From sequence record DRR723986_1366: a stretch of DNA of 46,172 nt; one strand, given 5' to 3'. Shown piece after piece: positions 1-9,543 of the stretch (positions are counted from its first letter, which is position 1; each line of letters begins with the position of its first letter). A program made the translations under genes and the position numbers. The notes under the pieces are model-generated. The model was not told where the DNA came from and did no database searches. It saw only the letters and a list, made by a program, of their open reading frames with translations.

Positions 1-1072
<1,072 letters not shown>

Positions 1073-1107
1073 GCCAATCTGCCCATTCCCTCGCGGAATG
1101 ACCTTGG

Positions 1108-1143
1108 GACGGCCCTCCGATTTCGGAGGGCCGTCTTTGTTTT
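1108..1143 (+). terminator. Rho-independent terminator after groEL
   Basis: Inverted repeat GACGGCCCTCCGA / TCGGAGGGCCGTC followed by TTTGTTTT, 35 nt after the stop codon. Confidence 0.9.
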
Positions 1144-1269
1144 GGCCATTGATGACCGCAACGGCACTGATACGATCTTTCAGGAATCTGCCCCGGCAAG
1201 CCGGCAACAAGACCGGCGGCGCCTTCGCCTGGAGGTGACCTGCTTAGGGGCAGAATACGGAGGAAACCC

Positions 1270-2892
1270 ATGACCGAGCTTAATTTCTGGAACCTTGGCG
1301 ATATTCTGGATGCAGTGGGCGCCGCCCTCGGGCCGGAAGACATGGCGCTGATCCATGGCGAGCGCCGCATTTCATGGCCTGACATGACGGCCCGTTCGAA
1401 CCGTCTGGCCCGCAACCTGCTGGCCCGCGGCGCGAAAGTTGGCGACAAGGCCGGCTTCTACATGCGGAACCAGCCGGAATACATGGAAGGCCTCGCCGCC
1501 TGTTTCAAAGGCCGGCTGACGCATGTGAACGTCAATTACCGCTATCTTGAAGACGAGCTGTTCTACATCTTCGACAATTCCGACTCGACCGTTGTGTTCT
1601 TCGATGTCGAATTCATGGACCAGGTCGAGAAAGTGCAGCCGCGCCTGCCGAACGTGATCGCCTGGGTGCAGGTTGGGGGCGGTAAGACAGCGGACTTCGC
1701 TGTCGCTTATGAAGAACTCGCAACCACGGGTGACCCCTCCCCGTTGGGTATTCCGCGCTCCGGCGACGACTTGCTGTTCCTCTACACCGGCGGCACGACC
1801 GGCATGCCGAAAGGTGTGATGTGGTCCCACCAGATCTGGCGCAGCGCAGGCATGGAGGGCGCGGAGGCCGCCGGCCTGCCTGTGCCGAAAAACATGGACG
1901 AGCAGGTGATGGCTGCGCAGGCACTGGGCCGCCATGTGCGCAACGTGCCCGCCTGCCCTCTGATGCACGGCACGGGCCTGTTCACAGCCATGGGCTCGAT
2001 GATGGGCGGTGGCACCATCGTGACCCTGACCGAAAACAAGCATTTCGATCCGGAGAACCTTTTCGAAACGGTCGAGCGTGAAGGCGTGACCAACATGGCC
2101 ATCGTGGGCGACGCCTTCGGCAAACCGATGCTGGCCTATCTCGACGCCAATCCCGGCAAGCACAAGCTCGACTCTGTCGTGGGCATCATCTCCTCCGGGG
2201 TGATGTGGAGCACTGAGGTCAAGCGCGGCCTGCTGCGGCACATGCCGAACGCCGCCCTGACCGACAGTTTCGGCGCCTCCGAAGCGGTTGGTTTCGGCTC
2301 CTCAGTCATGACGGCGGACGGCGAAGTGAAGACGTCAAAATTCGAAATCGGCTCCAAGTGCAAAGTGTTTACCGAAGACGGCCGCGAAGTGGTGCCGGGC
2401 AGCGGCGAGGCCGGATTCATTGCCCGCGGCGGCGCTGTGCCGCTCGGCTACTACAAGGATCCGGAGAAGTCCGAAAAGACGTTCAAGATGATCAATGGAG
2501 AGCGTTACTCGGTGCCTGGTGACTGGTGCACTGTGGAGACGGACGGCACGATCACGCTGCTCGGTCGCGGTTCCAACTGCATCAACACGGCCGGTGAGAA
2601 AGTCTATCCCGAAGAGGTCGAGGAAGCACTGAAGGCGCATGACGCCGTGAAGGATGCGCTCGTTGTCGGCGTGCCGGATGACAAATGGGGCCAGGCCATC
2701 ACCGCGGTGGTCGCACTGGATGGACAGGCTGACGAAGCGTCTCTGCGGGAATTCGTGAAAACCAAGCTCGCCCACTACAAGGCACCCAAGCGCATCCTCT
2801 TCAAGGATGATCTGGGCCGCGCTGTGAATGGCAAAGCGGACTACAAGTCAATCAAGGCGTTCGCACTCTCGGAGCTTGGTATCAGCGCCTGA
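1270..2892 (+). CDS. Acyl-CoA synthetase (AMP-forming ligase, FadD19-like)
   Basis: AMP-binding motif LYTGGTTGMPKGV, plus GRGSNCINTAGEKVYPEEVE and C-terminal GKADY. GGAGG RBS upstream. Confidence 0.93.
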   Translation: MTELNFWNLGDILDAVGAALGPEDMALIHGERRISWPDMTARSNRLARNLLARGAKVGDKAGFYMRNQPEYMEGLAACFKGRLTHVNVNYRYLEDELFYIFDNSDSTVVFFDVEFMDQVEKVQPRLPNVIAWVQVGGGKTADFAVAYEELATTGDPSPLGIPRSGDDLLFLYTGGTTGMPKGVMWSHQIWRSAGMEGAEAAGLPVPKNMDEQVMAAQALGRHVRNVPACPLMHGTGLFTAMGSMMGGGTIVTLTENKHFDPENLFETVEREGVTNMAIVGDAFGKPMLAYLDANPGKHKLDSVVGIISSGVMWSTEVKRGLLRHMPNAALTDSFGASEAVGFGSSVMTADGEVKTSKFEIGSKCKVFTEDGREVVPGSGEAGFIARGGAVPLGYYKDPEKSEKTFKMINGERYSVPGDWCTVETDGTITLLGRGSNCINTAGEKVYPEEVEEALKAHDAVKDALVVGVPDDKWGQAITAVVALDGQADEASLREFVKTKLAHYKAPKRILFKDDLGRAVNGKADYKSIKAFALSELGISA

Positions 2893-2899
2893 CCGGCAA

Positions 2900-3331
2900 T
2901 CAGGTCTTCCGGCGCCGCAGGGACCGGAAGACCGCATCGGCCCGTGCGACGAGCGTGCCATCTTCAATCTTCATGTCGGCCATGACGTGAATGAGATCGC
3001 CATCCACGCCCTTTACCTGCGGGTGGGCTTCCAGCCATGTTCCTTCCGGCACGATGCCCATGAATTCCATGGTCAGCTTTATGGTGACGGACATGCGCTC
3101 GGTCGCTGACCACACGGCCCAGGCAAGCGCGCTGTCAGCGAAGGCGCAGATCATGCCGCCATGCATGAACCCCATGCCGTTACAATGCCGGTCCAGTACC
3201 CAGATTCCGCTGCGCAGGTCTCCCTCTCCGGTCGCCAGATAGGACGGTCCGTTATGGATGGAGAACTTTCCGCGCGTGGGGCGCGTCGCAAAGCCAGGCG
3301 GCGGAGGTTTGAGCGCGTTGCCGTCGCTCAT
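2900..3331 (-). CDS. PaaI-family hotdog-fold thioesterase
   Basis: Motif HCNGMGFMHGGMICAFADSAL; 143 aa. The start overlaps the stop of the DUF192 gene. Confidence 0.9.
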   Translation of the reverse strand: MSDGNALKPPPPGFATRPTRGKFSIHNGPSYLATGEGDLRSGIWVLDRHCNGMGFMHGGMICAFADSALAWAVWSATERMSVTIKLTMEFMGIVPEGTWLEAHPQVKGVDGDLIHVMADMKIEDGTLVARADAVFRSLRRRKT

Positions 3332-3789
3332 TCGTCCGTATTGCCGAAAATTGGGTGAACCACCTCATCGCCCGGCTCGATGCCCAGCTCGGCCGCGCGG
3401 CCGCCGTTCAGCTCCAGCACCGACTTCACCGGCACGCCTGGTGAGATCGTCCGCAGCGAGCCCGGTACTGTTTCACGCGCGATTGCGATGATTTTCCCGT
3501 TCGGGTCCATGAACAACATGTCCAGCGGGATCAGCGTGTTCTTCATCCACATGGCCGCTTCGCGCGGCTGGCCGAAATCGAACAACATGCCAGCATCGGC
3601 GTCCATGCTTTCGCGGTTCATGAGGCCGGTAGTGATTTCCTCCGGCTCATCGGCGATCTCCACCGTGAAGGTGTGGGCGCCGTTCGCGGATTCGATGGTC
3701 AGCGGGCTGGTTTCCAGCTCGGCCAACGCAGCCGGCGCAGAAAGGACGAGGGCGATGGCGGCCATGCCGCTGACGAGGAAGCGTTTCAT
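3328..3789 (-). CDS. DUF192-family exported protein
   Basis: Motifs GLMNR, GMLFDF, MWMKNTLIPLDMLF and VLELNGG. Signal peptide from the ATG at 3789 (MKRFLV...ALA). Confidence 0.92.
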   Translation of the reverse strand: MKRFLVSGMAAIALVLSAPAALAELETSPLTIESANGAHTFTVEIADEPEEITTGLMNRESMDADAGMLFDFGQPREAAMWMKNTLIPLDMLFMDPNGKIIAIARETVPGSLRTISPGVPVKSVLELNGGRAAELGIEPGDEVVHPIFGNTDE

Positions 3790-3848
3790 GCGCCTTGGTT
3801 TAGCCGCCCGCCTGACCAGCGGCAAGCATTCGTGGCGGTTGGAAAATG

Positions 3849-4376
3849 CTATTCGCGCGCCTTCAGGCTGGTGACGTGCTCGCCCTTGGCGCCGTCTTCG
3901 ATAATGGCTTCAAGCGGCGTGCCGGGTTCGATCTCTTCATACCCGGCTTTCCGCAGGACAACGGCGTGAACGAAGATGTCCACATCCTTGCCGTCCCGCT
4001 GCACAAAACCGTAGCCGCGGCCACGATTGAACCATTTCAGCGTCACCGGTTCATAATCCGGCTGAACGCCCAGCTCCCTGGCGACAACGGCCTTGGGGCG
4101 CTCCATCTCGATGATACTGGCGGTTTGCCAGCCGCGCTCCGTCCGCATTGCATTACAGACAATGCGGGCGCCTTCATCGGCATAGGTTTCCCCATAGGAG
4201 CGCAGGCAGGTGATGTGAATCATCACGTCGCCCGTCAGACTCGCATCCGACGTCGATTCCGCCACGATGAAGCCGTAGCCCTTGACGCTGTCGAACCATT
4301 TGACGCGACCGATCACACGCACCGTTTCGGGCGTGGGGTCCGGTTCAGATTCAGATCTTGCAGCTATTCCCGTCAT
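3849..4376 (-). CDS. Cold-shock protein with two CSD domains
   Basis: Two RNP-1/RNP-2 sets: VKWFDSVKGYGFI...DVMIH and LKWFNRGRGYGFV...DIFVH. Confidence 0.93.
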   Translation of the reverse strand: MTGIAARSESEPDPTPETVRVIGRVKWFDSVKGYGFIVAESTSDASLTGDVMIHITCLRSYGETYADEGARIVCNAMRTERGWQTASIIEMERPKAVVARELGVQPDYEPVTLKWFNRGRGYGFVQRDGKDVDIFVHAVVLRKAGYEEIEPGTPLEAIIEDGAKGEHVTSLKARE

Positions 4377-4544
4377 CAACCCATATTCCCCAATGACGTA
4401 ACGTAAGAAATGTTAACGCGCTTGTCACGCGATCTTCACACGAAAATTCGCCTGACCGCGAGTTGAGCGCATAACGATCAAATGTGGAGAAAATTGGTGG
4501 TGAATGTGCGCGGGCACAGCCGCAGACCACCAAAGCATTGTTCT

Positions 4545-5183
4545 TCATTGCGGCTGGATGATCACAGAACCAGGCGGAAGGTCGGATATTGGAAGGTCTG
4601 GCAGGGGAGGCTCAATTTGCGGTGTCGCTGCGCCTGAAAGAAAATCACTGCCAGCGGACTGTGCCCCTTGCGACACGATCCTGCCGCGGCCGATTTCATC
4701 CACTGCCCGGCTCGCATCGAACGTGCCTTTTAGCCCTGTATCCGGCGCCACGACTGTCAGGGTCATGCTGCTGTCCCCTGCCGCATCGGCACCGGTGGAT
4801 TTGGGTTTGAGGTTCGAGCGGCATTGCTCGCTCTTCTGCAGATCGCCAAGACACGGGTCATCCACAACAATTGCGGACTGGCGAATGGCGTCTATATCCG
4901 GACCGGAAGGGATCTGGCTGATACGTGATTCAGTTTGTTTGACGTCCGGACGCTGATCGACCTGCACCGCCTGGATTCTGTCACTGTTCTTTTCCGGTTC
5001 CTGCCGGGCGGCTGCCGGCACCGGAGGCGGAGGTTCTTCAGGCTGTTGGTTGAGGGGAACCATGCCAAGCAATTCCTGAGGACTGATCTCAGTACTGCAG
5101 CCTGCCAGGCAAACGGCAACGGATAGCGACGCAGCCTGGAAAGCCGATCGCCCTGTTTTCGGGTTACCCGTTCCTCTTCTCAT
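4545..5183 (-). CDS. Hypothetical lipoprotein, last gene of the curli-like cassette
   Basis: ATG at 5183 (M79 of the track ORF). Basic N-terminus, hydrophobic stretch and lipobox LAGC, then a Pro-rich linker and a Cys pair (DDPC...SEQC). 212 aa. Confidence 0.7.
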   Translation of the reverse strand: MRRGTGNPKTGRSAFQAASLSVAVCLAGCSTEISPQELLGMVPLNQQPEEPPPPVPAAARQEPEKNSDRIQAVQVDQRPDVKQTESRISQIPSGPDIDAIRQSAIVVDDPCLGDLQKSEQCRSNLKPKSTGADAAGDSSMTLTVVAPDTGLKGTFDASRAVDEIGRGRIVSQGAQSAGSDFLSGAATPQIEPPLPDLPISDLPPGSVIIQPQ

Positions 5184-5216
5184 TTGCGCTTCCGATGCAC
5201 CCCGGAGAAATGGAGC

Positions 5217-5241
5217 CCCCGGACCGGAGACCGGCCCGGGG
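5217..5241 (-). terminator. GC-rich stem-loop directly after the large curlin gene (terminator or 3' stabiliser)
   Basis: Minus strand CCCCGGGCCGG-TCT-CCGGTCCGGGG forms an 11-bp stem with one G-U pair. The U-tract after it is weak. Confidence 0.55.
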
Positions 5242-5250
5242 TGATCCGAA

Positions 5251-7392
5251 CTACTGGTTGATCGTGGCCATATTGCCAGCACCGTTCTGCGTGATCGATG
5301 CAATGCCACCGCCGGCAACCGTCTGATAGATGCCTGCGGTGTTGCTGGCACCAGCCTGAATGATGGTGGCGTCGTTGCCATCCGTCGACTGGACAATAGT
5401 CGCTTCCGACAATTCATTCACCGTCTGCTGAATCAGGGCGTCGTTATCGTCACCCGACTGAGTGATCTCAGCAATCCGGTCCCGGCTGAAGTTTGCACTC
5501 GATCCGGTCTGCTGGATGTCGGCATCGTTGCCATTCCCGCTTTGTGTGATCGTTGCGCTATCGCGGCCAGACCGCTGCAGCACATCTGCCGTGTTATAGT
5601 AGCCGGTCTGCGTGATCTGAGCGCCGTTACCATAACCCGACTGGTCAATGCTCGCCATGTTGAACGAAGCCCCGCCAATCTGATCAATCGTACCGGTATT
5701 GGACTTGCCAGTCTGGGTTACCTCAGCCTGGTTGTCATCACCGACCTGCGTAACATAGGCGTTCAGCGTGTTGTCCTGCCAGACGCGGCCTTCCTGGGTC
5801 ACGTCCGCAGAGTTTCCGCTACCATCCTGGTAGACATCCGCCGTCACACTGAAATCAGCCTGGATGCCGGCTTCAGGCACATTGTCATACTGATTGACAT
5901 TGACCAGGTTTCCGTCTCCGAACTGATTGACCGTCGCCATGAAGTCCTTCGTGTTATCTTCATTGAAGGTCTGCGTCACATTGGTCGTGCTGGCACCATC
6001 CTGATTCACGATGGCCGCCATATTGCTTTCACCGTCCCCGTTCATTGTCTGCGTGACATTGGCGATCGCGCCGTTGTCCTGTGTGACATCTGCAGAAATA
6101 CCGGTCGACCCGTTGCCGTAGATGGCCTGAGTCACGTTCGCAGTGGAGCCACCATTCTGATTGACCACGGCGGACACATCGCCCGAAATGACAGAGCCTC
6201 CCCAGGTGGTCGATGGGTTGTCGACGGTCTGGGTCACGTAGGAAGTCGAACCGCCATCCTGGGTAACATTCGCCGAGATACCGGCTGCCCGCAATCCGTC
6301 AGCTGTCTGGGTAACTTCGGAAATGGACGCACCGGACTGGTTGACCGTTGCGAACACATTCTTGGCGTCACCACCGGTAGCGGTCTGGGCCACACTCGAG
6401 TCAGAACCACCGGTTTGATTCACGATTGTACGAAGCGTGCCGGTGAAATTGGGGCCGGTACCCGTCTGGGCAACGTCTGATGTGTTGGCATTGCCGTTCT
6501 GGGTGACGTTAGCCACTTGGTTGAAGCCTCCGCCGAGGTTCGACTGAACCACCTGTGAGGCGTTGTCATCGCCATATTGCAGGACGGTCGATTCCGGATC
6601 AGCATTGTAGGCGTTGTCGATACCGATGGAGCCGTTCGGCGAGTCGTCGACCTGGGTGATGAGCGACGAGTTGTCACTACCTGTCTGAACATTGTCGGCA
6701 TAAGCGCCGATACCGTCCTGGCTCAGAACAGAGCTGTTGTCGTTCCCTGTCTGCTCGATCGATGCAACTCCACCTTCGCCTTCCTGATCTACGGAGGCGC
6801 TGTTCGAAAGACCAGCCTGAGTCACCGTTGCATAATCGACCGTGCCGCCCTGAGTAACCGTAGCCGAGTTGTCAGAACCAGTCTGTGCAACGGAGGCTAC
6901 TTCTCCGCCTTCGTCTGCATCATAGTCCTGCCCCTGTGCCACAGTGGCGGAGTTACCTTGTCCGCCCACCTGCGTTACGATCGCTGTCTGGGAAACGACG
7001 CCCGCGGTATACTGGTCTATATCCGTCAGATTCGGCGCAGCGCCGGCACTGATGTCAGAGAATTGAGTCACATCCGCCACGTTCCCGATCGCCGAGCCCA
7101 CCTCGCTCACCTGATCGATATCGGCCTCGTTTACAGCGATGGCAAAATCATCAATTCCAGGAGGCGTATGCCCCTGACGAACCGTCGCGTCATTCAGGTC
7201 CCCCGTCTGGTCCACCGTCGCGACGTTTTCATTGCTTATCAGCCCGGTCGTCACCAGGTCGGCATCCAGCGTCTGATCGACGTCTGCTGTGTTGCCAGCA
7301 CCGCTCTGATTGACGATCGCCTCTTCGGCTAACGCAGGACCTCCGAAACAGACTGCCGCGATTGCGACAGTTGCGAGTAGTTTCTTGCGCAT
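5251..7392 (-). CDS. csgA: Giant curlin-repeat protein (CsgA-like major amyloid subunit), 713 aa
   Basis: Sec signal MRKKLLATVAIAAVCFGGPALA with AGGAG RBS. About 52 strands of the (N)xAxVxQ-xGxx type by manual count. Lies downstream of csgF/csgG. The A versus B assignment is inferred. Confidence 0.88.
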   Translation of the reverse strand: MRKKLLATVAIAAVCFGGPALAEEAIVNQSGAGNTADVDQTLDADLVTTGLISNENVATVDQTGDLNDATVRQGHTPPGIDDFAIAVNEADIDQVSEVGSAIGNVADVTQFSDISAGAAPNLTDIDQYTAGVVSQTAIVTQVGGQGNSATVAQGQDYDADEGGEVASVAQTGSDNSATVTQGGTVDYATVTQAGLSNSASVDQEGEGGVASIEQTGNDNSSVLSQDGIGAYADNVQTGSDNSSLITQVDDSPNGSIGIDNAYNADPESTVLQYGDDNASQVVQSNLGGGFNQVANVTQNGNANTSDVAQTGTGPNFTGTLRTIVNQTGGSDSSVAQTATGGDAKNVFATVNQSGASISEVTQTADGLRAAGISANVTQDGGSTSYVTQTVDNPSTTWGGSVISGDVSAVVNQNGGSTANVTQAIYGNGSTGISADVTQDNGAIANVTQTMNGDGESNMAAIVNQDGASTTNVTQTFNEDNTKDFMATVNQFGDGNLVNVNQYDNVPEAGIQADFSVTADVYQDGSGNSADVTQEGRVWQDNTLNAYVTQVGDDNQAEVTQTGKSNTGTIDQIGGASFNMASIDQSGYGNGAQITQTGYYNTADVLQRSGRDSATITQSGNGNDADIQQTGSSANFSRDRIAEITQSGDDNDALIQQTVNELSEATIVQSTDGNDATIIQAGASNTAGIYQTVAGGGIASITQNGAGNMATINQ

Positions 7393-7419
7393 GAGGTATC
7401 TCCTAGTCATTGCACAATC

Positions 7420-7520
7420 TGCCTGCCAGTTCGTTCTCGAACCGGCGTCTTTAAGGCCAATCTGGAAGATACATCCTGTCCCCCACATGGCTTCTGCCAC
7501 GCCCCGCCGTGATCCAGCCT
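7420..7520 (-). promoter_or_regulatory. Conserved leader element upstream of the large curlin gene (copy 1)
   Basis: Three motifs (7507-7520, 7475-7491, 7420-7432) are shared in the same order with 8395-8575. Hairpin at 7425-7446. Confidence 0.55.
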
Positions 7521-7549
7521 AAGGCATGTCTCCCCCCAGACACGATGCG

Positions 7550-8377
7550 TCATGGTCCGCTTTGCGTCACACTGACTGCTCCGCAGCCTGATGATATGAC
7601 GCACCCCGTCTGGTTAATCGTATACTCAAGCGCGGTACCGGTTTGAACCAATATCGCGGAAAGCCCCTCTCCATCCTGGAGAATCGCGCCCCTGTTATCG
7701 TCCCCGTCCTGCTCAATGGTGGCGCTATTATCTGCACCAGTTTGTTCAATGAGGGCGGAGTTGTCGTCACCCGTTTGGGTGATGGTGGCAAAATTTTCGG
7801 CGGCAGCAAGCGTACCTGGCGCGACTGTCTGCGCGATCGTGCCGGAATTGCCATTCCCCGTCTGGACGAGCCTTGAGGTGTTGCCGAAGGTCGGACCGAA
7901 ATCGTTCGCCTGCCGAACAGTTGAATCGTTGAAGTCGCCTTTGACCGTGACATACGCCTTGTTTTGCCCAGGTCCATCGGCCGCACTTTGGGATATGGAG
8001 AATGTGTTCTCGTCTCCAATGAGACTCACCTCAGCAACAGCTCCATCTCCGGTCTGGGTGATGGTGTTGGCCCTGTCATTGGCCCGGTTCATCTGACCTT
8101 GCACATAGGCATCAACAACCAGGTCCCGGCCGTCCTGAACGATCTTCACCTGATTGCCTGCGCCGGATTGCGCAAGCCGGGTCTGGGCGAGGCGGGTCCT
8201 GGCAAGGACATCGGAGATTTGTTCAATGTTGGCGAAGGACTGTTTCTGCCCCTGGTCCGCCGATGCTGGCAAAGCGCCTCCGCAGACAATAGCGCAACCG
8301 GTCAGTATGACCGCAGGCCGAAATCCGCCGGATGACCTCTGTTGGCCGAAGTTGGATTGTCTTCCACGTGGTAACAT
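7550..8377 (-). CDS. csgB: Curlin-repeat protein (CsgB-like minor/nucleator subunit), 275 aa
   Basis: Signal peptide ending ASA, repeated QxGxxNxAxIxQ units, GGAGG RBS. Sits between csgG and the large curlin. Confidence 0.8.
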   Translation of the reverse strand: MLPRGRQSNFGQQRSSGGFRPAVILTGCAIVCGGALPASADQGQKQSFANIEQISDVLARTRLAQTRLAQSGAGNQVKIVQDGRDLVVDAYVQGQMNRANDRANTITQTGDGAVAEVSLIGDENTFSISQSAADGPGQNKAYVTVKGDFNDSTVRQANDFGPTFGNTSRLVQTGNGNSGTIAQTVAPGTLAAAENFATITQTGDDNSALIEQTGADNSATIEQDGDDNRGAILQDGEGLSAILVQTGTALEYTINQTGCVISSGCGAVSVTQSGP

Positions 8378-8394
8378 CCACGCACCTCCCGAGT

Positions 8395-8575
8395 TGCCCG
8401 CCAGCTCAACTGGCAGTATTCAATCGGGAGCAGCCGATTGGCTGCCCCCCGGGGAGAGACCGGTCCGAGCGCCAACTTGAAGTCGGCCTCTCCCCACCTT
8501 GGCGCATTGCGCCGGTTCATCCTTTGTGGTTCGGGCAAGATCACTTACAGGGTGGTCGCCCCCGTGATCCAGCCT
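8395..8575 (-). promoter_or_regulatory. Conserved, highly structured leader upstream of the small curlin gene (copy 2)
   Basis: Motifs at 8562-8575, 8487-8503 and 8395-8407 match copy 1. Several 6-12 bp stems are present. Confidence 0.55.
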
Positions 8576-8585
8576 GAACGAAACG

Positions 8586-9515
8586 TCACTTACCCTGCCA
8601 ATCCGGCTCTCCTTGCAGCAATTCCTTCGGAACGCTCTTCAGCGCACCTTTGGGAAATTCCGTGCGATAGTTTGCATCATAGAAGTCCAGCGCAGCTTGC
8701 CCCTGCTCCGGATCTTCGAAGCTCCACAGGCCTGATTTCACGCCCTCGATGATCATCCCGTAGACAGCCTTCTCCAGCGCCTGCCGAACCGCCAGATGCC
8801 GGGGCTGGTTTAACGTGATCCCCGCCTCAGCTTCGAGCAATTCGCGGTAGGCGACGTATTTGAAGGCATTAGCATGCCAGGCGACGGAGGCGACCCGCTG
8901 CTCGGTCGAAACGGATATGAGGACTTCACCCGTCTTCACACTCACGGCGCGCAGGTAAACCGAGACAGCATCCTCCCGGTACTGTGTATCCATTCCGATA
9001 CCGAGGTATCGCGCCCCTGCTCCACCCGTCTGGGTATTTGTGTCATATCCCGTGATCGCGCCCTCGATCAGGGTGCCCGCGAACAAGAGCGCTGGCAATG
9101 CCATGGAGTCTTTCGCAGATTCACCGAGATACCGCTGGCGCATTTCGAGTATGATCTGGCGCTCCTTCAAAAGGTTATCCAGCTTTTCCCGTTCGACGAC
9201 CTTGAACCAACTCTGGTCGCCGGCATCCTGTAACGCCTTGATAAGGATGGGGGTCGCACCCTGCGTCACCGCCCGTGAGAGCGTCTGCACAGTATCGCTT
9301 GGCTTGAATGCGCCCGTTTCGTCGCTCACGCCATAGACGGCCACCGGAATCTGCTCCGATGGCTTCGGCAGCCAGAGCAAGGCATATTCGGTTTGCGTCC
9401 TCGGATTGACGACCGGCTCGGCCATTTTCGTCTTCACCTTCGGTGGTGTGCCACAGGACGCCAGCACCATGGCCAGTGCAAACACAGGCGCCGTGACCGC
9501 CTTGAAACTACACAT
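8586..9515 (-). CDS. csgG: Curli secretion channel CsgG (CsgG/HfaB family lipoprotein)
   Basis: Lipobox LASC after the ATG at 9515. Motifs AVY...DETGAFKP, SRAVTQGA, WFKVVERE.LDNLLKERQII, EGAITGYDTN...GGAGARYLGIG and YLRAVSVKTGEV. Confidence 0.96.
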   Translation of the reverse strand: MCSFKAVTAPVFALAMVLASCGTPPKVKTKMAEPVVNPRTQTEYALLWLPKPSEQIPVAVYGVSDETGAFKPSDTVQTLSRAVTQGATPILIKALQDAGDQSWFKVVEREKLDNLLKERQIILEMRQRYLGESAKDSMALPALLFAGTLIEGAITGYDTNTQTGGAGARYLGIGMDTQYREDAVSVYLRAVSVKTGEVLISVSTEQRVASVAWHANAFKYVAYRELLEAEAGITLNQPRHLAVRQALEKAVYGMIIEGVKSGLWSFEDPEQGQAALDFYDANYRTEFPKGALKSVPKELLQGEPDWQGK

Positions 9516-9543
9516 CGACAATCTACTCCCCGCACATTTACGA

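Noticed and set aside
4403-4417. Possible CtrA box upstream of the cold-shock gene
   Set aside because: The half-sites are spaced by 6 nt rather than 7 and one is imperfect.
3300-4545. tRNA near the csp-DUF192 pair, where one is often found in alphaproteobacteria
   Set aside because: No cloverleaf or T-arm GTTCGA in a tRNA-like context, and DUF192 runs directly into the PaaI gene.
5184-5417. N-terminal extension of the 290-aa track ORF
   Set aside because: It overlaps the curlin 3' end and the hairpin. The lipoprotein signal begins at the ATG at 5183.
7393-7549. Known riboswitch (e.g. c-di-GMP-I/II) in the curlin leaders
   Set aside because: I could not match the conserved cores of these families by eye. 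It is kept only as an unassigned conserved element pending an Rfam search.
5251-8377. Curlin genes as a CRISPR array or DNA tandem repeat
   Set aside because: Repetition is at the protein level with degenerate DNA; there are no identical repeats with unique spacers.
8586-9515. Holdfast anchor gene hfaB
   Set aside because: Same family, but the adjacent csgF and QxGxxN curlin-repeat genes indicate a curli system. No hfaA/hfaD or polysaccharide genes are recognisable.
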